A stretch of DNA of 64,000 nucleotides from the NCBI GenBank assembly GCA_030390025.1, contig JASTWF010000070.1, positions 310,001 through 374,000 of the forward strand. Reading direction: 5' to 3'. Under the pieces are notes generated by a model. It was not told the DNA's origin, did no database searches, and saw only the letters and a list, made by a program, of their open reading frames with translations. The translations under genes and the position numbers were made by a program. Positions within the stretch are counted from its first letter, which is position 1, and each line of letters begins with the position of its first letter. Origin of the DNA: Squalus acanthias. Its lineage: Eukaryota. Shown here piece after piece: positions 12,931 through 25,365 of the stretch.

Positions 12931-14316
12931 GATATAGAGCTGTCATAGTTTCAATAGACCCACTGATCGTGGCTATTGCCCAATGTGGAACTACAGTTCC
13001 CAAGGTGCAGTGCGCGGTGTGGCCAGTGCTCTGCAATGATTGGTTCTCCAGTCAGCCGTGTCAGTATCAGCAGTGAAAAAGCTCTTGGGACCTGTGCAAG
13101 GTTGAGGGAGCAGCTCCAGTCACAGCACCAAAGCCCCTTTAATAATTCGAACAGACCAGAGGAATCAGCGATCAGTTCAAGCGCAGAAACAGAACCAAGC
13201 ACCTGGGCTTCACCGAAAAGCCCCTTGTCCAGGTGAGAACCAATCCCTGCCCGAATTCAGTGCCGGCTACTCCAGGGGGCGAGAATCCCTCCGGCCGCTC
13301 TGTGTGTTTTACTAAGAAACAGGGGAATATCTAACTTCACAGATACACAATCCAGATATTTATTAAACACAAAATATTATTCCTTTGACGCTAATATCTC
13401 GAGACAACCCAATTATTAACCAATTGCTACATGTTTCTTTCGCCCTCAACTAACTGACACCAACCAGTTTCAATCTGACTTTTAAAGACATGAACCAGGA
13501 CTCAGTGTGGGGAGTTAAGGATTGACTCCAAACCGGGGAAATGTTCAACATCACAGAGCCCCAGAAACAACTGACCCCGCCGCTTAATAATTCAACTGGA
13601 ACAGGGTTTAAAACGGGAACTGCGCGCATTAATCGGATGCGCAGCAAATTAAAGACAAGGTGTAATTTTATTAATATTGAGCCGAGTTTTATTTGCCTTC
13701 CTGAGTTTTAAAGGGGATAACTCAGACTTTATTTGAACAACTTCTCGTTAATCCGGGGCAGGCTGTAAAATGCCGCTTCCCCCCGCCCCCCCCCCCCCCC
13801 GTCTTTCTCATTCATCGAATTCGCCCTTTATTCCGCCTCAGGAATATTCTCATCAGAAATGTATTTTCAGTCTGAAGCCCAAATCATATTTGTCAATTGA
13901 CACCACAATTTTAAAGGGATTGACAAATCCAGGGTTGTCTTGCTGCTGATTTAGAGAAAGGGACGTCAGTCTATTATGAAATATGTATTTTAGGTGCAAA
14001 CGATTATTTTAAAATCTGATGCAGTATATCAGAGAGTAACAGAGCGTTATCAGAACGATTCAAGCCGAAGTGCATCAGCTGATCGGTATCTCTACAATCC
14101 GCCCCTCATTTTTCTGGGGTAGAACACAGACTAAATATTCATTAAACGCAAAAATCTTCGAAATTTGGAAGCTCCCCTTAACAGAAACTCCAATTGGAGA
14201 TTAAACATTTGTACATTAAAGTTTTAAGTGTTTAATAATTTAATCTGATACAAACAGATTAAAAAAATGCCCGAAATAAAAATCTGCCTCCTTCCTTTTC
14301 CTGGCCCCTCCCAGCC

Positions 14317-14340
14317 ATTTGCATACCGGGTAATAAATAG
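14317..14340 (+). promoter_or_regulatory. IgL promoter: octamer ATTTGCAT plus TATA-like TAATAAATA
   Basis: ATTTGCAT at 14317-14324 in the light-chain orientation, ~135 bp upstream of the leader ATG. Confidence 0.85.
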
Positions 14341-14456
14341 ACCCGGAGTCTCGGGTTTGCAGACACTGTAACCGGACCGAGTCCTGGAGTTTACAGGAAC
14401 AGCGCACGGTTCAGTCGGATTTTTGATCGGTGGCTGTTGGTGCTTCCCCGCAGGAA

Positions 14457-14505
14457 ATGGCTCCAGCGATGCATTTCCTGTGGGCTCTTCTGATCCATTT
14501 AACAG
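14457..14505 (+). CDS. IgL: IgL cassette 1 leader exon
   Basis: MAPAMHFLWALLIHLT-G, then gtgag donor (phase 1). Confidence 0.9.
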
Positions 14506-14657
14506 GTGAGAGACGGATGGTTTTAGTCACGGGTTTATTCGCAACTAAATCGGTTCAGTACCGAGGTTCGGGCGGTTTTCTCTTCGTGTTTGTTGAGGCA
14601 TTAACGTCCTAATTGCTCCAAGTCTCTGAATGGGTTGATTTTTTTCTTTTACTGAAG

Positions 14658-15011
14658 GTGTCCTGGCGGCTCCCGTCCTCAATCAGTCCCCAATATCCGA
14701 TCCTGTCTCCGCGGGTCAAACCGCCCGGTTACAATGTGCGATGCAGAACAGCGCTGTGAGCAGCAAGGACGTGTTCTGGTACCGACAGCGACCCGGGGAA
14801 GCTCCGGTGTGGGTGCTAACTTATGAATCAGATAATGATATATACCGACGCACCGGCTTCACAGACCGCTTTCAACCTTCCAGAGACGCCTCCGGAAACA
14901 GTTACATTCTGACCATCGGAACCCTGGTGCCCGGTGACTCCGCGGTCTATTACTCTTCTGTGTGGGACTCGGTAGTCATCTTAGGACCGGGGACCGTCCT
15001 GAATGTTAAGA
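14658..15011 (+). CDS. IgL: IgL cassette 1 germline-joined VJ exon (type I/NS5); second conserved Cys replaced by Ser
   Basis: GVLAAPVLNQSPISDPVSAGQTARLQCAMQNSAVSSKDVFWYRQRPGEAPVWVLTYESDNDIYRRTGFTDRFQPSRDASGNSYILTIGTLVPGDSAVYYSSVWDSVVILGPGTVLNVK, then gtaagt donor; no RSS between V and J. Confidence 0.92.
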
Positions 15012-15239
15012 GTAAGTGACTCTCTCATTCTATAATTCACATTGTTTCAATTATTATTAATTTACAGTCGTTTACATTCCCGGGCGCCAGAGAAATCTCG
15101 ATTCAGTGAATTTTGATGTTGTATCTATTTATACTCAAAAAAGGTTAAACTCTTCAGAATTTGAATTGTTGAAGCGCCTCGGGGAATAATACTGCGCTGA
15201 AATGAAGTTTGACACCATTTCCTGCTTCCATTCAATAGG

Positions 15240-15830
15240 GGAGATGAGGAGAAGTGTTATTTTTACGCAGCGAGTTGTTGTGATCTGCAACGCGCTGCCT
15301 GAAAGGGCGGTGGAAGCAGATTCAATAGTAACTTTCAAAAGAGAATTGGATAAGTACTTTGAAGTTATGAATTAATGTAAAAACGTAAATAGGTTTTGAT
15401 AAAACACTTTAGGAAGAATGCCAAGTCCTTGGACAGTGTGCAGAGGAGATTTACTAGAATGGAACCAGGTATGAGCGAATTCAGTGATGTGGAGAGACTG
15501 GAGAAGCTGGGATTGTTCTCCTTAGAGCAGAGAAGGCTAGGGGGAGATTTGTTCGAGGCGTTCAAAATCACGAAGAGTTTTGATGGAGTAAATAAGCAGA
15601 AGTTGTTTCCACTGGCAGGAGGGTCGGTAACCAGAGAACATAGATTTAAGATAATTGGCAAAAGAACCAGAGGGGAGATGAGGAGAATATTCTTTACGCA
15701 GCGAGTTGTTCTGATCTGGAACGCGCTGCCTGAAAGGGCGGTGGAAGCAGATTCAATAGTAACTTTAAAAAGGGAATTGGATATATACTGGAAAAGGATT
15801 AATGCATGGCCACGGGAAAAGGGGAGTGGG
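15240..15830 (+). mobile_element. CR1 LINE 3' fragments in the IgL J-C intron
   Basis: ORF 15396-15842 contains VQRRFTRM...LGLFSLEQRRL...FFTQRVV. Confidence 0.85.
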
Positions 15831-18306
15831 AATAATCCCTGAATCTTCTGAACTCAAGGGAATACATGCCAAGTTTATGCAACACGTCCTCGTATTTTAA
15901 CCCTCTAAGCACCGGTATCATTCGGGTGCAGCAAGAGACAGAGAGAGAGAGAGAGAGGAAAGTTGTGAGCTACACTGTGAGGTTCTGACAGTGGACACTG
16001 AATATGTCACTATGTTACACTGAGACTTGAAGGGGAGAAAATTGCAGGGCTGTGGGGAAAGAGCAGTGGGGGGGGGGGGAGTGGGACTGATTAGTTTGCT
16101 CTTTCAAAGAGCCGGCACTGGCACGATGGGCTGAATGGCCTCCTTCTGTGCTGTATGATTCTAAGCTGTGCCTTACTTCTTCTCTTATTGTATGTAGAAT
16201 TATATCTATTGTCTCGAGTCGGCACCGCCCGATTTCAAATCGATTGCCCGGAGCCGGCGGGAGCGACCCCGGGGGAATCCCAACTCATTTACCGTCATTT
16301 GCAACTTTCAATGTTGCTGCTGGTTTTATTCCTGTGGCGTATTGTCCCCCTGACCGCAGCCGTCGGGTGTCCGGCTCTGGGCTGGGAGAGAGAGAGGACC
16401 CTCCCGAGACCCGCTGTCCCAGCACAGAACCGGTTGGATCGACTCCCTGTCGCCAGTAACACCGGGACTAGTCGGGATTGTATTCGTTTGACGGGACCGC
16501 TTTTATCCTGAATTTCCTGCTCCGTTATTTAATCTGTCTGAGCTCATTATTCGCAATCTCCCCGCTGTTTATAGAGCAGAAGCGACGCTTTACCATGGAG
16601 CGGCGCAGTGACAATTACTGACCAGCCCCGTGTGTGTGAGTGAGACTGGGTGATGCTTGTTGAAGGGAACTTTCTCTCCATCTCATTCTCTGGCTGCTGA
16701 CGCTCTCCCCTCCCCTAGGCTGTGTCTGCTGACTCTCCCTGTCCAGTGTCCCCCCGGGGAGAGCGGCGATTCTCCTGGGTTGATGTGTCGGGTCCCGCTA
16801 CCGCCCAGTGTTGAACGGATCGCTCCGGGACCAGCGAGACTGAGCTGATCCCGAGAGAGAAATCAGTTCACCCGCGCGGGGAGGAATCCTTACTTGCCTC
16901 TGCAGCGAGAATCTTTTACAACCCTTGTTCCACCTTTCACTAGAAATACCGAACAGTGAAAACCCTTCATCAAACCGGGGAAAAGAGAAGGCTGAGGGGT
17001 TGCCGAATAGAGAGCTTTAAAATAATGAAAGGTTTTGATAGAGTAGACACAGAGAGAATGTTTCCACTTGTGGGGAAGAGCAAAACTAGAGGCCATTAAT
17101 ATAAGATAGTCACCAAGAAATCCAATAGGGAATTCAGGAGAAACTTATTTACCCAGAGAGTGGTGAGAATGTGGAACTCGCTACCACAGGGAGTGGTTGA
17201 GGCGAGTATTATAGATGCATTTAAGGGGAGGCTAGATAAGCACATGAGGGAGAAGGGAATAGAGGGTTATGCTGATAGAGTTAGCTGAGGAAGGATGGGA
17301 GGAGGCTCGAGTGGAGCACAAACGCCGGCATGGACTGGTTGTTCCGAATGAACTCTTTCTGTGCTGTATATTCTGTATAATTCTATGTAAATCATTTACA
17401 ATATTTTTAGGCAGAGTCACTACATTAATTCCCAGCCCGTGTACAATGTCCTCTCTTTATTCAGTGAGCTCTTCAATACCCGGTAACAGACCCGGCTCAA
17501 TTATCATCGCCGCAACATTTAAAGCGGATCAGTTTCTAACACGCAATTCTAAAAAAAGTAGGAATTGTAAAAAAAAACTTCCGGGCTCTTGTAGAATGAT
17601 GCAGCACAGACGGCCCATCGTGCCTGTGGCGGCTCTTTGAAAGGGCTGCATCAGTTTGAGATATCAGAGCAAATGTGGACTCTCGGTGAAAAGCGGGTCA
17701 CAGCTCCGTGACTTGACCTCTTTAATGTTAACACAACGCATTTTAAGACAATCAAACGCTTTATTATATTCAAGTAAAAAGGAGAAAACTGCAATTTTAG
17801 GAAATCAAATAAAAATAGAAAATGCTGGGAATACACGGTCGGTCGGTCAGTGTCTGTAACGGGAACGGACAGGTTAGTGCGTTTCAGGGGGTGTAACTTG
17901 CACCTGAACTGGTCAGTTACTGATCTTTCCACCTCACACATGCTGACTGACTCGGTCTGTATTTCTGCATTTTCTGTTGTTATTTTACAAGAAAGAAAGA
18001 AAGAAAGAAAGAAATGAAGACTTGTATTTCTAAAGCTTCTTTCACGACCTCAGGACGTCCCAATGCGCTTTACAGACAATGAAGTACTTTTGAACCAAGT
18101 CACTGTTGTAATGTAGGGACAAGAATTGGCAGAGGAGCAGAGGAATTAGAGATTTAAGAATTTATTGGAACTCCTGTATTAATCAGTAATTTATTTTAAA
18201 GTGAATGTTGTTCGGGGGTTCTTTGGCGTCTTTGATTTCAGATCAGAGCGTCACACTGCTGACGGATTCCATAAACTAGTGAATTTTCTCGTCCCCACAC
18301 ACACAG

Positions 18307-18635
18307 GCAGCGAGGATCGAAACCCTTCGGTTCTTCTCCTCCCTCCCTCCTCGGAAGAAATCGGTTCGGGCTCGGCCACTCTGTCCTGCCTGGTCAGTCG
18401 CTTCAAGCCGGGCTTGGTGCGGCTCCGCTGGAGCGTGGATGGCCAAGAGACAGACAGCGGGGTGACGACAGGCGCCGTGTCCCCGGACAGCGATCAAACC
18501 TACAGCCTGAGCAGTTACCTGAGAATCCCCGCCACCGCCTGGAACAAGGGCTCCAACTATTCCTGCAGCGTCAACCACGGCTCCCTGAGCTCGCCTCTTC
18601 TCAAGACCATCAGCGCCTCCTCGTGTTCAGACTGA
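18307..18635 (+). CDS. IgL: IgL cassette 1 constant exon
   Basis: 329-nt phase-1 exon SSEDRNPSVLLLPPSSEE...KTISASSCSD*; AATAAA at 18928-18933; spliced product 243 aa. Confidence 0.93.
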
Positions 18636-20417
18636 GGCGTTGCGAGTTGGCAGTGGAGTTTGATTTTTGCAAGTGTTTAATGTCATGAGACAGATCATTC
18701 GATGTGTGCAATCCGCCTTTTTTGCAATGTAATCGCTGCAGCAATTTCAGTTTTCGCAAACAATGCAAATGTTTAATAACTGAAGTGACTGAAATGATAG
18801 TGTGGAAATTTCTGTACAACTGTTCCCAATATCTCGTGTGTAAACTTTCGCTGTGTGTAGAATGGGGACAGATTTCCCTTTAGTCTGTGACCGTATTGTC
18901 ATTGCGAACTTGTGTAACACAGCTCTTAATAAACATGAAATGCTGCCAGGAGCTTAAAGTTCTCCGTCTTGACTCAGCACTTAAAGGGAGATTGAGTGGA
19001 TTACATAGAATGTACAGGACAAACAGGCCTTTCAGCCCAACTGATCAATGCCGGTGTTTATACTCCACTCGAGCCTTCTCCCATCATTCCTCATCTAACA
19101 CAGTCAGCATAACCCTCTAATCCCTTCTCCCTCATGTGTTTATCTAGCTTCCCCTTAAATGCAGCTATCCTATTCGTCTCAACTATTCCCTGTGGTAGCG
19201 AGTTCCACATTCTCACCACTCTCAGGGTAAAGAACTTTCTCCTGAATTCCCCATTGGATTTATTAGTATCTATCTTATATTGATGGCCCCTAGTTCTGGG
19301 TCTTTCCCACATGTAGAAACATCGTCTCCATGTCTACCACATCAAACCCTTACATAATCTTTAAGACCTCGAACAGGTCACCCCTCAGCCTTCTCTTTTC
19401 TAGAGAAAAGAGTTCCAGACTTCAGTCTTTCCTGATAGTTATAACCTCTCAGTTGTGTATCATCCTTGTAAATCTTTTATTGCACCTTCTCCAGTGCCAG
19501 ATTCGGGGGGCACAGAGAGCTGGGGGTAGATAGTAATGGATGGGGTTACAGAGATTGGGAGGGGCGAAGCCATGAACGGATTTGAACAAAGGGATGACAA
19601 TTTTAAACTGGGGGACTTGGGGGTGAGGAGCCCCTGCAGTTCAGCAAGACCGTGGATGGTGAGTGAGTGGGACTTGTGGGGGATGGGCTACGGGCGGAAA
19701 AGTCCAGATCAGCTCAAGATTACCAAGAGTCTTAGGTAGGGGTGCCGCAAGCATTGGACAAGTCACGTTAGGAGGTAACAAAGGCTTGGATGAGGGTTTA
19801 ACGGCAGGTGGACTGATGTCTCGGGGAAGGCAGGAAAGGTTAGCGAGTTGAAAGTAGGCGGCCTTTGAGATGTACAGGTCATGAGCCGGGGAACTCAGAT
19901 ATGGGTGCAATAGGGCCCTGAGATTGCGAACAGTCTGGGTCAATTGAGACCGGGAAGGGGGTGGAATCAATGGGCGAGGGTGGCGAGTCTGTGGCGAGAG
20001 AAGGAGTGCTTTCCCGGGGAAAAGATTCCCTCGTATAAAGATCCAAAACTCTACATGGAGAGCACATTCAGGTACAGCTGACCAGCTTTGCCACCTCGTT
20101 TTCAGATGTTGTCAGCTTCAGCCAGATGTGATCTGGAGCCAGCAGAGAGGGGTCATCCTGGCATTTCCCAGCAGCATACGGTTTGGCGCTATTTTAATTC
20201 AGTCTGGGGGACAGCTCAGTATAGGCGTTACTAATCGGTACCCCTCCCACCTCACCCCTCCCACCTCACCCCTCCCACCGGTACATGTACAGTTACGGTC
20301 AGTGAGATAATCCGCACGACAGACGGTAACAGTGCGACATAAGAGATTGCCTCAGAATCAACACAACCCATAGATCAGGCAGAGAATCGTGCATCTTATT
20401 TTCCCAGTTCGGATCAC

Positions 20418-20620
20418 AGGAACAGGAGGAGACCATTCAGCCCCTGGAGCCTGTTACACAGGAACAGGAGGAGGCCCATTCAACCCCTCGAGCCTGTTAC
20501 ACAGGAACAGGAGGAGGCCATTCAGCCCCTCGAGCCTGTTACACAGGAACAGGAGGAGGCCATTCAGCCCCTCGAGCCTTTTACATAGGAACAGGAAGAG
20601 GCCATTCAGCCCCTCGAACC
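20418..20620. repeat. ~40-bp tandem repeat (x5) formed from a CR1 3' end
   Basis: Unit ACAGGAACAGGAGGAGGCCATTCAGCCCCTCGAGCCTGTTAC; continues into a minus-strand CR1 to ~21000. Confidence 0.85.
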
Positions 20621-22729
20621 TATTCCTCCATTCAATTAGATCATGGCTGATCTGTATCTCAACTCCATCTCCTGTCTTGGGACCATAACCCTTAATACCC
20701 TTACCCAACAAAAATCTACCAATCTCAGTGTTGCAATTTGCAATTGACCCCCAGCCTCAACAGCTTTTTGGGGGAGAGAGTTCCCGATTTCCACTACCTA
20801 TTGTGTGAAGAAGTGCTTTCTGACATCATCCCTGAACGGCCTTCCTCTAATTTTAAGGTGATGCCCCCTTGTTCTGGACACCCCCCACCAGATGAAATAG
20901 TTTCTCTCTATCTACCCTGTCGAATCCTTTAATCATCTGAAGCAGCTCAATTAGATCGCCCCTTAATCTTCTATACTCAAGGGGATTCTAGCCTAGTCTG
21001 TGCAACTCTCATCCTTTTTGTCCGCAGTAGCGTTTGGTTTGGTCTCTTGTGCCGTTTAGTGTATTTGCTTCCATATGCTCAACAGTGAGTGATTTTACTC
21101 CAATCTCTCCAGATTTCTCCTGACGGTTTTTGACTCCAATCTGAAGCTGGACTAGGGCTGGGATGTCTCCCACATGTTATGGGGCGCTTCTATACTCAAA
21201 AGTTAGGCAGACTACAAATAAGTTTCCATCTCGCAGTAACGTGTAATACTAATCGGGAGTTATGGCCGAACCGGACCCCTAAGAGGAGTGCTGTGTTGCC
21301 GGACCTGGAGCCAATGTAGGTCAGCGAGCAGAGGGGGTGATGGGTGAACGGGACTTGGTGCGAGTTGGGACACAGACCAGCAGAGTTTAAACCCCTGATT
21401 ATTCTCCTTTACAGAGAGTGGAATACCAGCATCCCAGAACAACATTTACCACGAACGAACGCTCCACCACTACGGGCTCCACTGAAGTCGTGAATTGATT
21501 GTGCATTGTGGGTATCATTCTCCATTGAACATTGCAAGATATCTGGGAGTCACAGGAAGGATGTGGTGCTCACGCTGCTTCGAAACCTCAGTTCTAAAGT
21601 ATGAAAAGGAGTCGCCAGGGGGTGATAGAGAAGCGCCATCAGACACGCACACCCTTATCACATGTTGCCTCCAGGGGGCGTTTGTTTAAGTAAACCACCC
21701 CATTCAGGTCTAATTTTCAGCTATATAAAAATTGAATCATTACGCTGTTTTGAAACTAATTGACTGGAAATAGTTAATGAGTCGTTGGGATGTCAGAGCG
21801 ATAAAATGAATGTTGTTTCACATTGTTATTATGAGATATTCAAGTACTTTGATGGTGGGATTTTGTGGATTACAGCGTGGTACATGAGAACATAGGAAAT
21901 AGGAGCAGGAGTAGGCCATTCCGCCCTTTGAGCCTGCTCCGCCATTCAATAAGATCATAGCTAATCTTCTAATATCTCCACTTTCCTGAACTATCCCCAT
22001 ATCCCTTGATTCCCTTAATATTCAAAAATCTGTCGATCTCTATCTTGAATATACTCAACGACTGAGCCTCCACAATCCTTTGGGGTAGAGAATTCCAAAG
22101 ATTCACCACCCTCTGAGGGAAGAAATTTCTCCTCATCTCAGTCCTAAATGGCCGACCCCGTATTCTGAGACTGTGACCCCAGGTTCTAGACTCTCCAGCC
22201 AGGGGGAAACAGCCTCTCAGCATCTCCAGAGATAGAGCAGGCTGGGTCTCTTTTCTCTAGAAAGAGAAGGGTGAGGGGTGACCTGACAGAGGTATTTAAG
22301 ATTATGAAAGTGTTTGATAAGGTAGACATAGAGGAGATGTTTCCACTTCTGGGGGAGACCATCTCAGAAAGGCACACAATCATTTCAGTCACTTCAATAT
22401 AAGATAGTCACTAATAAATTCAATAGGGGATTCAGGAGAATCTTCTTTTTACAGAGTGTGTTTAGAATGTGGAACTCGCTACCACAGGGAGTGGTTGAGG
22501 CAAATAGCATAGATGCATTTAAGGAGAAGTTATACAAACACGTGAGGCAGAAAGGAATAGAAGGATATGTTGATAGGGTGAGATGAAAAAGGATGGGAGA
22601 AGGCTCGTGTGAAGCATAAACACCGACATAGACCTGTTGGGCCGAATGGCCTGTTTCTGTGCTGCACATTCTATGTAATTCGATGTAGTGAAGGGGTTGC
22701 AGTGAAAGGGCCATTTGCTCATCTCTCAC

Positions 22730-23003
22730 TCTTTCCTGGCTTTCTCTATAGTTTTCCCCGACACGCTCGTCTCCATATTTTAGCTGGAGAAGTCTAGTGG
22801 AACAGCACAAATTACAGACAGCGCCGCTGCTCCAAGCTTGCACCGAGTCACTGATGTGACTTCTGTTGCCGTAGGTCCGTCCGGGTCTATTGTGCCGGGA
22901 ATCGGTGCGTCGCTCTGTAACCCCGTCCGGAAACATCCCAGAAAATAGCATTCCGGTTCGAGGAAACACCACTGACAAAACACAGTAAGGAGACTGTGTC
23001 CTT
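22730..23003 (-). pseudogene. Frameshifted C1 exon relic of the VJ-C1-TM receptor family
   Basis: Across several frameshifts it reads KDTVSLLCFVSGVSSNRNAIFWDVSGR/VTERRTDS/GTIDPDG/TYGNRSHISDSVQAWSSGAVC/CAVPLDFSS*; homologous to 26475-26777 and 42716-43030. Confidence 0.85.
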
Positions 23004-24302
23004 CTACTAAAATTTGAAATTGCAGTACTGGGGTTTTGTTACTTTCTTGCCGACTCCGTACATGTTTGATACAAAGATTAAAGTCCATGAACATAGGAAC
23101 AGGAGGAGGCCATTCAGCCCCTCGAGCCTGTCCCACAACTCAATTAGATCATGGCTGATCTGTATCTTAAATCCAGCGACCCGCCTTGTTTCCGTGACCC
23201 TTAATATCTTTACCCAACAAAAATCCATCAATCTCAGTTTTGAGATTTCAATTGACCCCCAGTCTCAACAGCTTTTTGGGGGAGAGAGTTCCAGATTGGC
23301 ACTACCTTTTGTGTGAAGAAGTGCTTCCTGACATCACCCCTGAACGGCCTGACTCTAATTTAATTAACAAACTGTCCATTCGTTGTAATTATATAGAACC
23401 TGAACACACAAACCCTCCTGCTGCTCATTTTACATGTGCAGAATTCAAAGGGAGCGACCCTTCCCCGCATTCACTCCCATTACAAGGGACTCCGATGGAC
23501 ACAAGTCTTTTTAATTGATTGCTTTTGAATGCAACGGAAAAAATATCAGCTACCTATGTGCAACATACCAAAGGTTCAAACCTCATTATTGTTTGATACA
23601 CCAAATATAATATGGTCAACTTTGCTTCAATCTTTATCAAAGTGAAGGTATTCTATATTAATGCAGTGTTTGACTGCTCAGACACAGTATGTGACACAAC
23701 AAGAATGAGATTGCGAAACATTGAATGCAATCAAGATGTGAATTGCGCCTTATGGTGCAGCGGCGATGAGAGGGGCGCAGAATCCAGGAACCAGGAGGCT
23801 GAGCGTGTAAATAAGAACAGGAGCGCGGCCAAAATCGCACTCAGTGCCCATAAATGATGCTCACCCGGCGGCGAGGTTTGGTTAATAGCACGCTGGAGTA
23901 AAACCTGGGGAAAGAGGTAAGGAAGAACTTGCATTTCTATAGCGCCTTTCACCACCTCAGGACGTCCCAAAGAAAGAAAGATAGAAATTGCTTTTAAGAA
24001 TCTCCTTTCACGACCTCAGGACGTCCCAAAGAGTTCACAGAAAATGAAGTATTTTTGAGCTGTAGTCACTGTTGTAATACAGTGATTACGGCGGCCATTT
24101 TTTGCACAGCAAGCTCCCACAAACAGCAATGTGATAATCATCAGGACATCTCTTTTGTTGATGTTAATTGAGGTATAAATATTGGCCCAGGACACCGGGG
24201 AGAACTACCCCTGCTCTTCTTCCAATAGTGGTCCTGGGATCTTTCACAGCCACCTGAGAGGGCAGATCGGGCCTCGGTTTAATGTTGCATCCGAAAGTCG
24301 GC

Positions 24303-24555
24303 ACCTCCGACAGTGCGGCGCTCCGTCAGTACTGCCCCTTCGACAGTGCAGCGCTCCCTCAGTGCTGCCTCTCCGACAGTGCGGAGCTCCGTCAGTACTG
24401 CCCCTCCGACAGTGCAGCGCTCCCTCAGTGCTGCCCCTCTGACAGTGCGGCGCTCCGTCAGTACTGCCCCTCTGACAGTGCGGCACTCCCTCAATACTAC
24501 CCCTCCAACAGTGCGGCACCCCCTCCGTACTGCCCCTCCGACAGTGCGGCGCTCA
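24303..24555. repeat. ~33-bp tandem expansion inside a Deu-SINE
   Basis: Unit CCCTCCGACAGTGC(A/G)GCGCTCC(C/G)TCAGTACTGC, about 7-8 copies; similar expansion at ~37485-37640. Confidence 0.85.
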
Positions 24556-25322
24556 GACGCTTGAGCGGGACCTGAACAAAACTCTGATCTGCTGCCTCAG
24601 AAACGAGAGCACTACCCACTGAGCCACGGCTGACACAACATAAGTAACAGAATCAAATCCTGCAACAAAGAGACAGGCGGCATTCAGATACTGGGTGAAA
24701 CAGTTGAAGAAAGAAAGACTGTCCCCTCTTATAGCACGTCCCAATACTGGCACTGGCGTGTCGGCATTGATTTTTGTGCTCAAGTCTCTGGAGTGGAATC
24801 ATGAACCCACGACCTTCTGACTCAGTGCTGCCCACTGAGCACGGTTGGTATAATAACAGATGATTGCACCTTTCTTCAATCTGTTCTATTTTTGTTGATA
24901 CAAGTAAGGGTGCATGAATGAAAGCGTTCTGGACCAATAAAAAGCAACACTCGGAATAGAATCATGTCCTCGCGCCCACACGAATGACACAACCAGTCCG
25001 GTGTGTGCAATTTAGCACTGCCTGCCTTCAGTTCACAGTTTAATCAGCCTGCACTGCACGCCGCCTTTCACGCCTGTTTAACACGAGCTGGAATGCATTG
25101 CCCTTTGCAGGCAGACCTGTGCGTGGGCGTTTAATGTGTCAACAGGAAACCCGCAGCGAGCCTTGACATTACGCTGTATTTTCCAGGCCCGCTATTTTTA
25201 AAACACAAGCACGCAATTTCCGGAGCTGTGCCTTTCACATCACTTGCGAGCGGGCCCAGCGCAAAGATATCCCAGCAAAGTGTTCAGTGTGCAGCTCACA
25301 GCAAGCGCCTCGGTCGCCGACA

Positions 25323-25365
25323 ATGAGCTTCTTAACTCCCTGCGCGCTGTTCCATCTCTTTCCAG
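25323..25365 (+). CDS. Gene B leader exon
   Basis: MSFLTPCALFHLFP, then G and gtcag donor (phase 1). Confidence 0.7.

Noticed and set aside
12976-13236. ORF conserved with 55048-55374 upstream of IgL
   Set aside because: No recognisable domain; conservation is explained by the segmental duplication, and the copy is disrupted by CR1.
16657-16848. ORF (and copy at 58591-58782) as an extra IgL exon
   Set aside because: No Ig motifs and a phase-1 reading stops immediately; duplicated intron sequence.
20418-20620. CRISPR-like arrays (also 24303-24555 and 38780-39140)
   Set aside because: Head-to-tail tandem units without unique spacers, in vertebrate DNA; two are retroelement-derived.
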